In this document: one piece after another, positions 1 to 8,873 of the stretch
Numbering within the stretch: the stretch's first letter is position 1
How the letters are laid out: every line of letters begins with the position of its first letter
Source of the DNA: Chloropicon primus
Lineage: Eukaryota
Direction of reading: 5' to 3'
DNA: 26,941 nucleotides
Assembly (NCBI GenBank): GCA_023205875.1
Contig: CP060760.1
Coordinates: 806,001-832,941, forward strand
Position numbers and translations under genes: made by a program
Notes under the pieces: generated by a model
Told to the model about the DNA's origin: nothing
The model's input: only the letters and a program-made list of their open reading frames with translations
The model's database searches: none

Positions 1-1351
1 TGTCCGTATACGCCGCGTGCAAAGCATCGAAGTTCTGGATGAGAACCGCGACGTTACCAAAAATGGATGCATAAAGAATCGCACCAAACAACATGATGAC
101 CACGACGAAACTTCTCTCCGAGTTCGTGGATGGCGTGACATCACCATACCCGATCGTTGTCAGCGTGGACAAGGCCCAGTAGAAGGAGGTGATGTACTGC
201 GTGAAGACACTCGCGGAGGGCTTCACGTGAGACACGCCATTGTTGCAGTAGAAGGGAAACTCTGGCAGCGCGGTGGCTGGGCACTTGGTCGAATTCGCCA
301 AGTACATCTGAGTACCAACCTCCCAAGACCGATGCTCCGTGGTCCCATAGTCTCCACCCTTGATGCACGCCAGGACACCTTCAACCATGTACGCCGTTCC
401 GACCTCGTCGGCGGGGACGGATATGTACGCGCCGTCCACCAAGGCCCCCGGACCTTTCACTGTCTGGCACAAGTGGTTCTCTGCAAGCCACACGCTTCCG
501 CTCCACAAGTTACCTTCGTCCTGGAAACGGCCCACGAAGAACCAGACGCACGCAACCCAATGCGCGAACAGGGTGAACACCAGAAGCAACTTGAAGATAC
601 GGAACGCGTTGGCACCTGCCAACTGATCCAATTTCTTGGCAAGCTTACCCAAACGCAGCAGACGCGGTGCCTTGAAGAGGTTGAATACCGAGACATTGAG
701 GTTCTTCCCCGACGCAATGATCAAGACCTCGAAGGGGAAGATGGCGACCAGGTCAATCCAGAACCACCTTGACATGTATTTTTTCCTAATCTCCTTCAAG
801 TCCACGACCTCGTCGCCACGAATGTCGTAGAATCCCGTGAAGAAACTCAGCCCCATATCGATCAGAAACAAAAAGTCCACAAAGTAGTCGAACATATCCA
901 TGGACGAGTTTGCCGCTGTCACAAAGGAAAAGTTGTACGGGATGAAGAACGAGTTATAAAGTACAAGAATGATGACGATCCAATCCCAACGAGTCTTCCA
1001 CTTTGACTCGGTGGAAATGTTCGAGAGCGTGACTGACCCACACATGACCTTCATCTGTGACTCCGGCGGGGCCTCCCCGTCGTCCCAGTCGTCAGCTTTC
1101 CGCCGACCAGCAGTGTTCCCATTCTGTTTTTTGTTCTCGCCCGACTCGTTGATGGGAACGACCTGCTTCTTCATGGAGAGCCGAGATATCGAGAAGCTTG
1201 GGATGAACTTCCTCTTGGCCGTCGAGGTCAACCTACTCAGGTTAACACTCTTCTGGGAAACCAGGTTGGTCTTCTTCGAGTCCCCATCATTCTTGCTGGC
1301 GATGTTCGCGTGGGTCGTGAGCCCCTGGGAAAGAGCGGTAACAGCAGCCAT
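1..1351 (-). CDS. Voltage-gated K+ channel of the KCNH/plant-Shaker (CNBD-family) type, 5' portion; continues beyond the left edge
   Basis: Manual minus-strand translation from ATG 1351 is open to the window edge. It gives S1 'KTRWDWIVIILVLYNSFFIPY', S2 'DYFVDFLFLIDMGLSFFTGF', S3 'WFWIDLVAIFPFE', S4 'FKAPRLLRLGKLAKKL', S5 'FAHWVACVWFF', pore 'YITSFYWALSTLTTIGYGD' (filter at 140-160) and S6 'GAILYASIFGNV'. An in-frame TGA at 1388-1390 bounds the start. Absent from the ORF track because there is no stop in the window. Confidence 0.93.
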   Translation of the reverse strand, partial: MAAVTALSQGLTTHANIASKNDGDSKKTNLVSQKSVNLSRLTSTAKRKFIPSFSISRLSMKKQVVPINESGENKKQNGNTAGRRKADDWDDGEAPPESQMKVMCGSVTLSNISTESKWKTRWDWIVIILVLYNSFFIPYNFSFVTAANSSMDMFDYFVDFLFLIDMGLSFFTGFYDIRGDEVVDLKEIRKKYMSRWFWIDLVAIFPFEVLIIASGKNLNVSVFNLFKAPRLLRLGKLAKKLDQLAGANAFRIFKLLLVFTLFAHWVACVWFFVGRFQDEGNLWSGSVWLAENHLCQTVKGPGALVDGAYISVPADEVGTAYMVEGVLACIKGGDYGTTEHRSWEVGTQMYLANSTKCPATALPEFPFYCNNGVSHVKPSASVFTQYITSFYWALSTLTTIGYGDVTPSTNSERSFVVVIMLFGAILYASIFGNVAVLIQNFDALHAAYTD

Positions 1352-2274
1352 AGTGTAGCGGTTTCTCTTCTTGCTTTGCTCTACCTCTCAATCGTCTCTT
1401 CCTGCTAGCTCCCTGACCTTGGTATCTTTAATCGTCAACGTTTTCCGTTCTTTGCTGCTCCTGCTCACACCATCATTGGCTCTCGCAGCAAGCCAAAGGT
1501 GTCTTGTTCCACAACCCTTGGTTCGTTCGTGGATGATGACGTTGTTGGATAGGACAGATAGGATTTCTTTCCCTCAAGGCCGAGCCATCAGCAGCAGCCA
1601 GGTCCTCCAAGGCCTCACCTTGCCTCTCCTTGCGTGCTTCCAAAGGCCAAGGTCAGTCTCCTCGCCTTGGCAAGGTTTGCGCCTCCGCCCTTTTTCTTCT
1701 TCGTCTTTGCGGTGCGGTGCGGTGCGCGCGCAAATACGAATGGTGGTTCAAGTCCAAACCAAGTCAACCACCCAAGCGGTCGTCGTCTTGTGTGTTTGTG
1801 TGTTTGTGTGTTTTGTGTTTTGGACCGGAGCCTGGTCCTCCTCGGTCGTTGCGTTTGGTTCTCCTTGAAGCGCCTTGGGTTGCCTCAGCTCTTTCCTTTC
1901 CTTTCCTTTCCTTTCCTTCTGTTTTCTTTTCAGGTCAGGTCAGGTCGGGGGTGACGCTTAGACTTCGACTTCGCTTCGCTTTGGACAACAAACGCACAGA
2001 ACAAGAACAAGAACGAGAACAAGAACGAGAACGAGAAGAACAGAACAGAACAAAGGAGAGCAAAGAAGAGTAAAGAAGAGCAAAGGAGAGGAGGCTCTGT
2101 GTTTTCCTTGTTCACAAACAAGAAGACACCAACCAGGACCAGAAAGAAAGAAAACCCAATACAATACAATAATACATCATCCTTCATTCGTCCACAAGAA
2201 CAACAACAAGGACGAGGACGAGGACCTCCTCCTCTTCCTTCCATCCTTCCTACCTAATGCATCCTTCCTGAGGG

Positions 2275-2320
2275 AGAGATAGAGATAGAGATAGAGATAG
2301 AGATAGAGATAGAGATAGAG
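2275..2320. repeat. (AGAGAT)n microsatellite in the long divergent intergenic region
   Basis: Directly visible perfect hexamer array; explains the 'LYLYLY'/'SLSLSL' spurious ORFs. Confidence 0.95.
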
Positions 2321-2800
2321 CAAGGAAGAACATAGAGATAGAACAAGGAAGAACAAGGAAGAACGAGACAAGAGAGTGGAGTAGTGTGGAGCGTGGTACC
2401 AAAACCCACAACACACACACACACACAACACACACATGGGACTCAAAAAGACAAAAAGACAAAAAGACAAAAGGTCCTTAAGGTTTTCTTCTCTTTTCTT
2501 TTCTTCTGTAATCCCAACACCAACCAACAGGGTGTTGCTGACATCATCTGCTTGTTGATTACATAACGAAATCCAGTTCGGATTAGCCCTCTTCTTGTTC
2601 TTGTTGTTGTTCTTGTTGTTGTTCTTGTTGTAGTCCCTCCTCGTCGTCCTCCTCCGTGGTGGTAGTGGTGGTAGGTCAACCCCAACCCCTCTCCCTCTCT
2701 TTCTCTCTTTCTCTCTCTTTCTCTCCGCCCTCATGATATTTCCATATGGAAAGGTTGTGATGCCGCCAACTGGACGATCAAAACACAACACAACACAACA

Positions 2801-2946
2801 CGACGACGACGACGACGACGACGACGAGGAGGAGGCACCATCACCGCCACCACCACGACAACACCACGACAACACCTCCGCTCACTCTTTCGATCCACAC
2901 AACACAACGCAACGACGAAGACGAAGACGAAGACGAAGACGAAGAC
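2801..2946. repeat. (GAC)n and (GACGAA)n microsatellite cluster upstream of the USP gene
   Basis: Visible trinucleotide run at about 2801-2826 and hexamer run at about 2914-2946. Confidence 0.85.
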
Positions 2947-3189
2947 AGCAAACGAGGAACTCAAGGATCAAGGGGACATGAAACCCAGTCCAAGTCCGCC
3001 AACACCGAGTACGAGGCGACGAATACCATGAGACGAGAAATGAAGGGGGCGACGGGACGGAGCGCAAGGACGGGAAAGAACCTGAGATCCTGAACAAGAA
3101 CCGAGGATCTCTCTTACGGTACCACTGCAGCTGAATTGTCCTCGTTCTTCGTTGTCGTGGGATAGATAGAGTGTCGTATCATCGTATCA

Positions 3190-5277
3190 ATGGTTGGGAT
3201 GACGACGAAGAAGAGGGCGAGGGAAGGATCTGCGGAGCAGAAGTGGAAGGGGGCCTTGTACCAGGGAAAGAGGGCCAGCCTCAGGAAGATACCCTTCGCT
3301 CCAGCGACGCGCGTGGAGTCAGGCAAGACCAGTGCCCCACAGGTGCAAAAGCATACGAGCAAAGCGTTGGAGAACACCAGCGCGAACGGCCACCGCAGAC
3401 CGTCGTCCGCAAGCTCGAACGTGATGCACAAGAACGGGGGCGACGTCTCCGCCTTGAACGATTGGAGTGTCATGTTCCGGCCCGGCGCCGGCTTGCACAA
3501 CTTGGGCAACACCTGTTTCATGAACTCGGTCCTCCAGTGCCTGACTTACACCCCCCCCTTGGCCCAGTCTTGCCTGGAGAACCAGTACAACGCGTTCTTG
3601 GCGGACAGGAGGGAGAGCAACAACACCACGAGCACGAAGTTCGATGCCATGCAGGTGTTCCAGAGCCACGTGAACACTGTGTTGCGGGCTCCCGGCAAAG
3701 TCGTTCCTCCCCACAAGTTTTCTCGTTCTCTCAAGCTCCTTTCTGGCAACCGGTTCAGGCTTGGCAGGCAGGAGGACGCCCACGAGTACTTTACGTGCCT
3801 GGTGGAGAGCATGGAGAAGAGCTTCACCTCGAGAGTAAGCTTGGGCAGAGGCAACAAGAAGCCCACGCAAGAGCAAGTGGAGGAGTGCTTCATCTACAGA
3901 GTCTTTGGGGGCAAGCTCAGGAGCCAGATTCACTGCACGGGCTGCAACTACAAGTCGAACAAGTACGACCCCATCTTGGATCTGAGTCTGGAAATATTCA
4001 GAACGCGGTCCCTCGAGAAGGCCTTGAACATGTTCACGAGCAAGGAGGTCCTCGACGGGAACAACAAATACAGCTGCCCGCAGTGCAAAAACATGGTCAG
4101 GGCAAACAAACAGATGCTGATAAGCGAGGCGCCGAACATCCTTGCCATCCAGCTCAAGCGCTTCGCGTTCGGAAAATACGGGATGAAGATAGAAAACTTC
4201 ATCTCCTTCCCCTCCAGGCTGGACATGACCAAGTACGTCAGCGGGAAGCAGGAGCAACCCACGGTGTACTCTCTCTACGGGGTTCTCGTGCACTCGGGTC
4301 ACTCCTTGCACTCGGGTCATTACTATTGCTACGTCAAGTGCCCCTCAGGTGCGTGGGTGTGTTGCGACGACAACGTCGTTCACCAAGTGAGCGAGACGAA
4401 GGTCATGGAGCAGAAAGCCTACATGCTTTTCTATAGCAAGGTCGTGCAAAGAGGGAAAGGTGGGGAGCAGAGGCAGATCAAGACGTCGCTTTCTCCAGCT
4501 GGTGTGGACAACCACCTGAGGCAGGAGGTCTCTCCAACAAAAAACGGAAAGACCGGATTGAAGATGGCGACGTCGTCGCAGGCCAATAACGGAGAGGCCC
4601 AACCCGTGGGATCTCCGGGGAAGCCGCGATCGCCCACCAGAAAAAGTCACTTCACCAACGGGTCTCCCATGCCGTCCCCGCGATCCTCAAAGAGTCCAAG
4701 GGGGTGGAAGAAATTGATTCCTTTTGTGCCAGGCTCCACACGAAACCGCCTTAATGCTGTAGCCTTGGTGAGCAGTAGCAGAAAGAGAAGGAGATCCCTG
4801 GGGTCCCTTGGCGACGAGGCTCTCCCTCGCCGGTCGGAGCGCATCATCCAGCGTATGAGCAAAACGGAGCCAGAAAAGCCCGAGGAGGACGCCGCTCCTG
4901 GCAGCAAGGAGAAGAAGGCCGAGGAGGTCAAGGCCGAGGGCAGTAACGGGGTTGTGAGGAGCCTCAAGCATGCCGGGGCTGTGGCTCTGAATTGGCTGAA
5001 GGGTGACAGAGGACGCGGGGAGTACGGGGTCCCTGTAAATAAATGGGAAGGAGAGGACATCAATAAGACAACTGCGGCGCAAGCCAACGCCCTCTTCAGG
5101 AAATTGAAACCAAAGCAAAAGAGGAGGGATCGCTATGATGAGGAGTATGACATGGGAAAGGTGAAGAAGGTCAAGGTGAAGAACAAGATGGGTCGAAAGC
5201 GTCTCGGCTCGCAGAATAGTGCATTCCAGCGGGCCGCCAAAGGAAAATTCGATCGAAGGAATTCCAGACTCCATTGA
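3190..5277 (+). CDS. Ubiquitin C-terminal hydrolase (peptidase C19), USP36/USP42/UBP23-like
   Basis: Cys box 'GAGLHNLGNTCFMNSVLQCL', 'RQEDAHEY', CxxC pairs 'CTGC' and 'CPQC', 'LKRF', His box 'VHSGHSLHSGHYY', 'AYMLFY'. C-terminal 'YDEEYDMGKVKKVK' basic motif resembles nucleolar USP36-type tails. Confidence 0.93.
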   Translation: MVGMTTKKRAREGSAEQKWKGALYQGKRASLRKIPFAPATRVESGKTSAPQVQKHTSKALENTSANGHRRPSSASSNVMHKNGGDVSALNDWSVMFRPGAGLHNLGNTCFMNSVLQCLTYTPPLAQSCLENQYNAFLADRRESNNTTSTKFDAMQVFQSHVNTVLRAPGKVVPPHKFSRSLKLLSGNRFRLGRQEDAHEYFTCLVESMEKSFTSRVSLGRGNKKPTQEQVEECFIYRVFGGKLRSQIHCTGCNYKSNKYDPILDLSLEIFRTRSLEKALNMFTSKEVLDGNNKYSCPQCKNMVRANKQMLISEAPNILAIQLKRFAFGKYGMKIENFISFPSRLDMTKYVSGKQEQPTVYSLYGVLVHSGHSLHSGHYYCYVKCPSGAWVCCDDNVVHQVSETKVMEQKAYMLFYSKVVQRGKGGEQRQIKTSLSPAGVDNHLRQEVSPTKNGKTGLKMATSSQANNGEAQPVGSPGKPRSPTRKSHFTNGSPMPSPRSSKSPRGWKKLIPFVPGSTRNRLNAVALVSSSRKRRRSLGSLGDEALPRRSERIIQRMSKTEPEKPEEDAAPGSKEKKAEEVKAEGSNGVVRSLKHAGAVALNWLKGDRGRGEYGVPVNKWEGEDINKTTAAQANALFRKLKPKQKRRDRYDEEYDMGKVKKVKVKNKMGRKRLGSQNSAFQRAAKGKFDRRNSRLH

Positions 5278-5316
5278 ATCGAGAGTCGCCTTCAACTTCA
5301 AAAAACCCAAATATAT

Positions 5317-7113
5317 TTAATGTTCCGATAATAATGAAGTTAAATCCCCGCGATAGCCAAGCTGTGCCGCCATGGAAGCAAGGACCGGCTTGCACTCTGC
5401 ACCGCTGCCATGCAGAAAGTCGCACCAGAGCTTTGCGTCTTGTGCAAAGTGGTCCCTCGAGGAAATCGCCAGGCGAGACAGAAAACTTGCCAGCATGTTC
5501 GTGATACCGTCGTCGTTCACAGACATTCTGTAGGTGTCCACCTTGCCCTCCCCCCCCTTGAAGAGCTGGCCTAGTCCTTCCAGTGGTAGCGGCCTCTGCG
5601 TCTTTTGCTCGCAGTTTTCCCACGCATGGATGGAGTGCACCAAGAGCACGGACTGGGAATACAGCCAAACATCGATGTACAATTGTGCCAACTCTGATCC
5701 AATCCAATCGTTGGAGCGAAGCATCGAGATGGTGTCCAGCACTCCCATGCCATCGCCCTGGTGGCACATTTCTCCGTTTGTGTTCCTCCACATGATCTCG
5801 TAAAGTTCCGCCCTCACGAGAAGCATCAGTTGCTTGGGACTGAACTTGTGCCCAGCCAAGTCTTCTTTTGCCTCCCCCAAAATCGTCTCTGAATTAAAGC
5901 GCTGGTTGAGGGTCAGAAAATATCTATGAGGCACGCGAATAGTCTGGCTGCTACCTGATTTGACCTCGCTCTCTAAAGTCATCCAGTTTTCGCATAATGA
6001 AACTTGGTACTCCTCTCTCCGCGGTGCTTCCCCTGCCCCCCAAGGAGCCGTGAGGTACATGTTTGACAGAATGACGACCATCTTAATGCTCAGAGCCTGC
6101 GACAGCATTTCAGGGGGTATCGACCGAAATTGACGGGGTTTGGACTTCTCCCACATCCCCCTTACGTTCTCGTACCCTTCCCTTGTGTGGGTATTGACTC
6201 GATTGTGAACTGTGGCAATTCTGCTGGCACCGCCGACAAAGTGTTCAGAAGTGGGCGAAAGGAAGGTGCCGATGCTTGCGGGGTAACAGAAGTCTCGCTT
6301 GGAGGGATCAGCCGCTGCGAGGTTTGTGGACGCCTTGACATGGCCGAAAAATTCCGCAAAGTCATTGTGATCACGCGGGTCGTCATTCCCTTCCCGCAAG
6401 AGCACCGCCACATCCAGATCAGAAAATGCGTTGGCTTCATCTCTCGCAATGGAACCCAGAAGGAGGAACTCTGCCCCGTCCCCAAAACCCTGGATCACCC
6501 GGTTCCTGACCTCATCTTGGGGCTCCCGCCTTCCCAACTCCCTGGCCAAGTCCATGCAGAAAAGGCCTTTCTTCACCAAACCCTGCAGTTGGGTGAGGAG
6601 CGCTAGCAGCTTCCTCTCCGCTTGCGAGAACACTGGCTTGCCTTGGCGGGAGGAGCGGATCACCGCCTGAGTGACGCCACGGATACACGCAGTAGACAAT
6701 TGAAAGGCCTCCTGGTACCCTGACTGCCGCCGTTTCTGCAGGTCAGATATAGTCTGCTGGGACTCTGGCTTGCCGAACCCAGCAAAGCAGTCCGAGTCCT
6801 CCCCGTGCCTTTGACCTCTTCGGTACGCTCCCACCTGCCGCTCCAAGTGACCCAAGCACGTCTCCACCGTCACATTGCTTCCGATGATCGAAAACTCAAC
6901 CGGTTCCCCCGTCGTGGACACCAGACCTGTGGTCGACCCAGATGACCTAGCTGTCGTTTTCCGTGGCCTCGGCTCCCTGGTCTCCCCCCGCTGGTTGAGA
7001 GCTCCTGCGAAAAACAGGTACGCGAGGACCACAACCGTCGCGAGACCTGCCACCATGTTCCTCGTGTCGCTCCTCAGTCGCCTCGGCGCCTTCCCCTTGG
7101 CAAGTCTCCCCAT
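5317..7113 (-). CDS. N-terminally membrane-anchored putative nucleotidyltransferase (Pol-beta fold, GlnD/DUF294-like)
   Basis: 598-aa single-exon ORF: basic N-tail, one hydrophobic helix 'MVAGLATVVVLAYLFFAGAL', motif 'LLLGSIARDEANAFSDLDVAVLL' (hGS-x(n)-DxD), and a helical C-terminal region. Coding status is strong; function is inferred. Confidence 0.75.
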   Translation of the reverse strand: MGRLAKGKAPRRLRSDTRNMVAGLATVVVLAYLFFAGALNQRGETREPRPRKTTARSSGSTTGLVSTTGEPVEFSIIGSNVTVETCLGHLERQVGAYRRGQRHGEDSDCFAGFGKPESQQTISDLQKRRQSGYQEAFQLSTACIRGVTQAVIRSSRQGKPVFSQAERKLLALLTQLQGLVKKGLFCMDLARELGRREPQDEVRNRVIQGFGDGAEFLLLGSIARDEANAFSDLDVAVLLREGNDDPRDHNDFAEFFGHVKASTNLAAADPSKRDFCYPASIGTFLSPTSEHFVGGASRIATVHNRVNTHTREGYENVRGMWEKSKPRQFRSIPPEMLSQALSIKMVVILSNMYLTAPWGAGEAPRREEYQVSLCENWMTLESEVKSGSSQTIRVPHRYFLTLNQRFNSETILGEAKEDLAGHKFSPKQLMLLVRAELYEIMWRNTNGEMCHQGDGMGVLDTISMLRSNDWIGSELAQLYIDVWLYSQSVLLVHSIHAWENCEQKTQRPLPLEGLGQLFKGGEGKVDTYRMSVNDDGITNMLASFLSRLAISSRDHFAQDAKLWCDFLHGSGAECKPVLASMAAQLGYRGDLTSLLSEH

Positions 7114-7462
7114 CGCTATCGCTATTCACCACTCTGTCTGTCTCCTCTTGCCTTGCCTGTCGTTTCCCTCAGGGTGTTGGCTTCAGGAGGCTGCCTCGAA
7201 CCGCCAGGAGGTCTCCGCCCCCTTGACCTCGCCCCTGACTCGTGGCATCATGCCCCCTCCTCGACACGCGACGGACCCGGGGCAGGAGAAGATCAAAGCG
7301 GGCGGAAGACTTGCCTCTCCTGGTTTGCCTTGGCTTTGGCCTTGGCTTTGGCTCCGGCAACCGAGGGAGGGAGGGAGGGAGGAAAGGAAAGGAAAGGAAA
7401 GGACGAATGGAATGGCGTGGGAGGGACTGGGTGGACTCTGTGCTCTGTTCTTTCGTGTAGTG

Positions 7463-7467
7463 TTACA
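7463..7467 (-). terminator. TGTAA green-algal polyadenylation signal for RPB5
   Basis: TTACA on the + strand, about 46 nt downstream of the RPB5 stop on the minus strand. Confidence 0.55.
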
Positions 7468-7513
7468 ATATCATGTTCTTCATCGTTTAGTCCTAAATCT
7501 ATCCCTATATTAT

Positions 7514-8149
7514 CTATATGCACAAGCGGTAGGTGACGTACTGGCCCGCGGTCTGCGACGGTCTTGTGATCCTCACGACTTCCCCTTTCTGAAGTCCGTA
7601 GTATCTCGCTATTGGGTCCGCGTGCTGAATCCTTGGCAGCTGCGTTTCCTTTACCCTGTACCTCTTGAGCAAGGTCTCCTTCTCCCCCGCGTCCAAGACC
7701 TGGTGCAAGGGAACCAGGACGTGCTCGGTGATGTTCACCAGGAGCTCCTGTTCCTGGAACTGCTCTATCAGGAACTTTGGGGCGAAGACCTCCTGGAGAG
7801 CGCTCTTGGCGAAGGCGGTCAGGGCCGTCGGCACCACGATGATCGCGTTGGACACGTTCTCCTCCTTCATCCTCTCCGCGTACTCCTTGATCTTCTTCAC
7901 CCCAACCTTGGGCTCCTTGGGAAAGAACACGAAGATGTGAGCGTCGGTCTCTCCAGAAGCCTGGGCGTAGATCGTCAGCTTCTCCTTGTTGACCTCCCCC
8001 TGAGACTCGTCCACGAACTTTTCGTTGAACTCCTCCTTGGTCATGTTCTTGTCCGCCTCCGACACGACAAACCCCCTGTCGTGCAGCATCTGGAAACACG
8101 TCCTCCTTATTTTGTAAAGCCTCTCCGCATAATCCATCTCCATCGTCAT
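7514..8149 (-). CDS. RPB5: RNA polymerases I/II/III common subunit RPB5
   Basis: 'RLYKIRRTCFQMLHDRGF', 'EQFQEQELLVNITEHVLVPLH', 'QLPRIQHADPIARYYGL', 'VVRITRPSQTAGQYVTYR'; 211 aa. Confidence 0.98.
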   Translation of the reverse strand: MTMEMDYAERLYKIRRTCFQMLHDRGFVVSEADKNMTKEEFNEKFVDESQGEVNKEKLTIYAQASGETDAHIFVFFPKEPKVGVKKIKEYAERMKEENVSNAIIVVPTALTAFAKSALQEVFAPKFLIEQFQEQELLVNITEHVLVPLHQVLDAGEKETLLKRYRVKETQLPRIQHADPIARYYGLQKGEVVRITRPSQTAGQYVTYRLCI

Positions 8150-8461
8150 CCTCCCTCCCTCCCTCCCTCCCTCCCTCCCTTCCTGTCCTCTCTTCTCTGG
8201 TCCTGGTCCTGGTTAATGGTCTGGTTGCTTTGTTGTGTGTGTGTGGTGTTGTCTTGTCTTGTTGTTCCCTCTCGTGTCGTGTCGTGTCGTGTCGTGTTGT
8301 GTTGTGTGTTGTTTATTGTGTGTTGTATTGACGTGTTGTCCTCCGTACCTTCCAGTGTCGTGTGCGGTCGTCCTCACCCTTCCTCACCCTGCCTCACCCT
8401 TCCTCACCCTTCCTCTGTTCCCGTGTTCCTGTTCTCAGCCGCCTCCTTCGTTCGCGCGCCT

Positions 8462-8494
8462 CTAAAACCTAAAACCTAAAACCTAAAACCTAAA
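8462..8494. repeat. Interstitial telomere-like repeat (CTAAAAC)4.7, i.e. TTTTAGG on the minus strand
   Basis: ctaaaac x4 plus ctaaa, perfect, midway between the divergent RPB5 and cyclase genes. Confidence 0.85.
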
Positions 8495-8873
8495 TCATCA
8501 TCGGTTACGAGGACGAGGACGGAGACGGAGCGTGACTCCTCCAGTGGGGCGGAGGTGGAGGAGTAAACAACAAACAACAACACGGGGAAGACGCCGCCGC
8601 CGCCGCCAATACAACACAACACAACACACGACACCACACGACGCCACACCAAAGGGGACAGACACCAACACCCGCTGGGTGGGCCGCTTGAGAGGAGGAG
8701 GACAAGACAGGAGAAGGAGGAGGAGGATGGGAAGGAGCTGGGGGTGGGAGAGCGTGGTGGGGAGGCTCTGCCTCGGGGGGGGGAGCAAGGGACCGCGAAA
8801 CGAGGGATCGGAACCACGCCACGACCAGGAACGTGGGAAAGGAAGCAAGGACGAGGGGGACGTTGTGGGGGAA

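Noticed and set aside
17..772. 251-aa plus-strand ORF
   Set aside because: Antisense shadow of the K+ channel gene, which carries all the recognisable motifs.
1388..1573. Open frame upstream of and in frame with the channel, separated by one TGA (readthrough or Sec idea)
   Set aside because: No ATG in the segment, another TGA bounds it, and there is no homology or SECIS evidence.
1371..3097. Many low-complexity ORFs in the long spacer
   Set aside because: Their translations are products of microsatellites (poly-S, poly-D, LY, RL runs); no domain motifs.
6875..8479. 534-aa plus-strand ORF
   Set aside because: Antisense to RPB5 and the NTase 5' end; reads through simple repeats.
8532..8873. 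N-terminal extension of cyclase 1 in the ORF track
   Set aside because: Non-ATG start and repeat-derived sequence; better read as promoter or 5' UTR.
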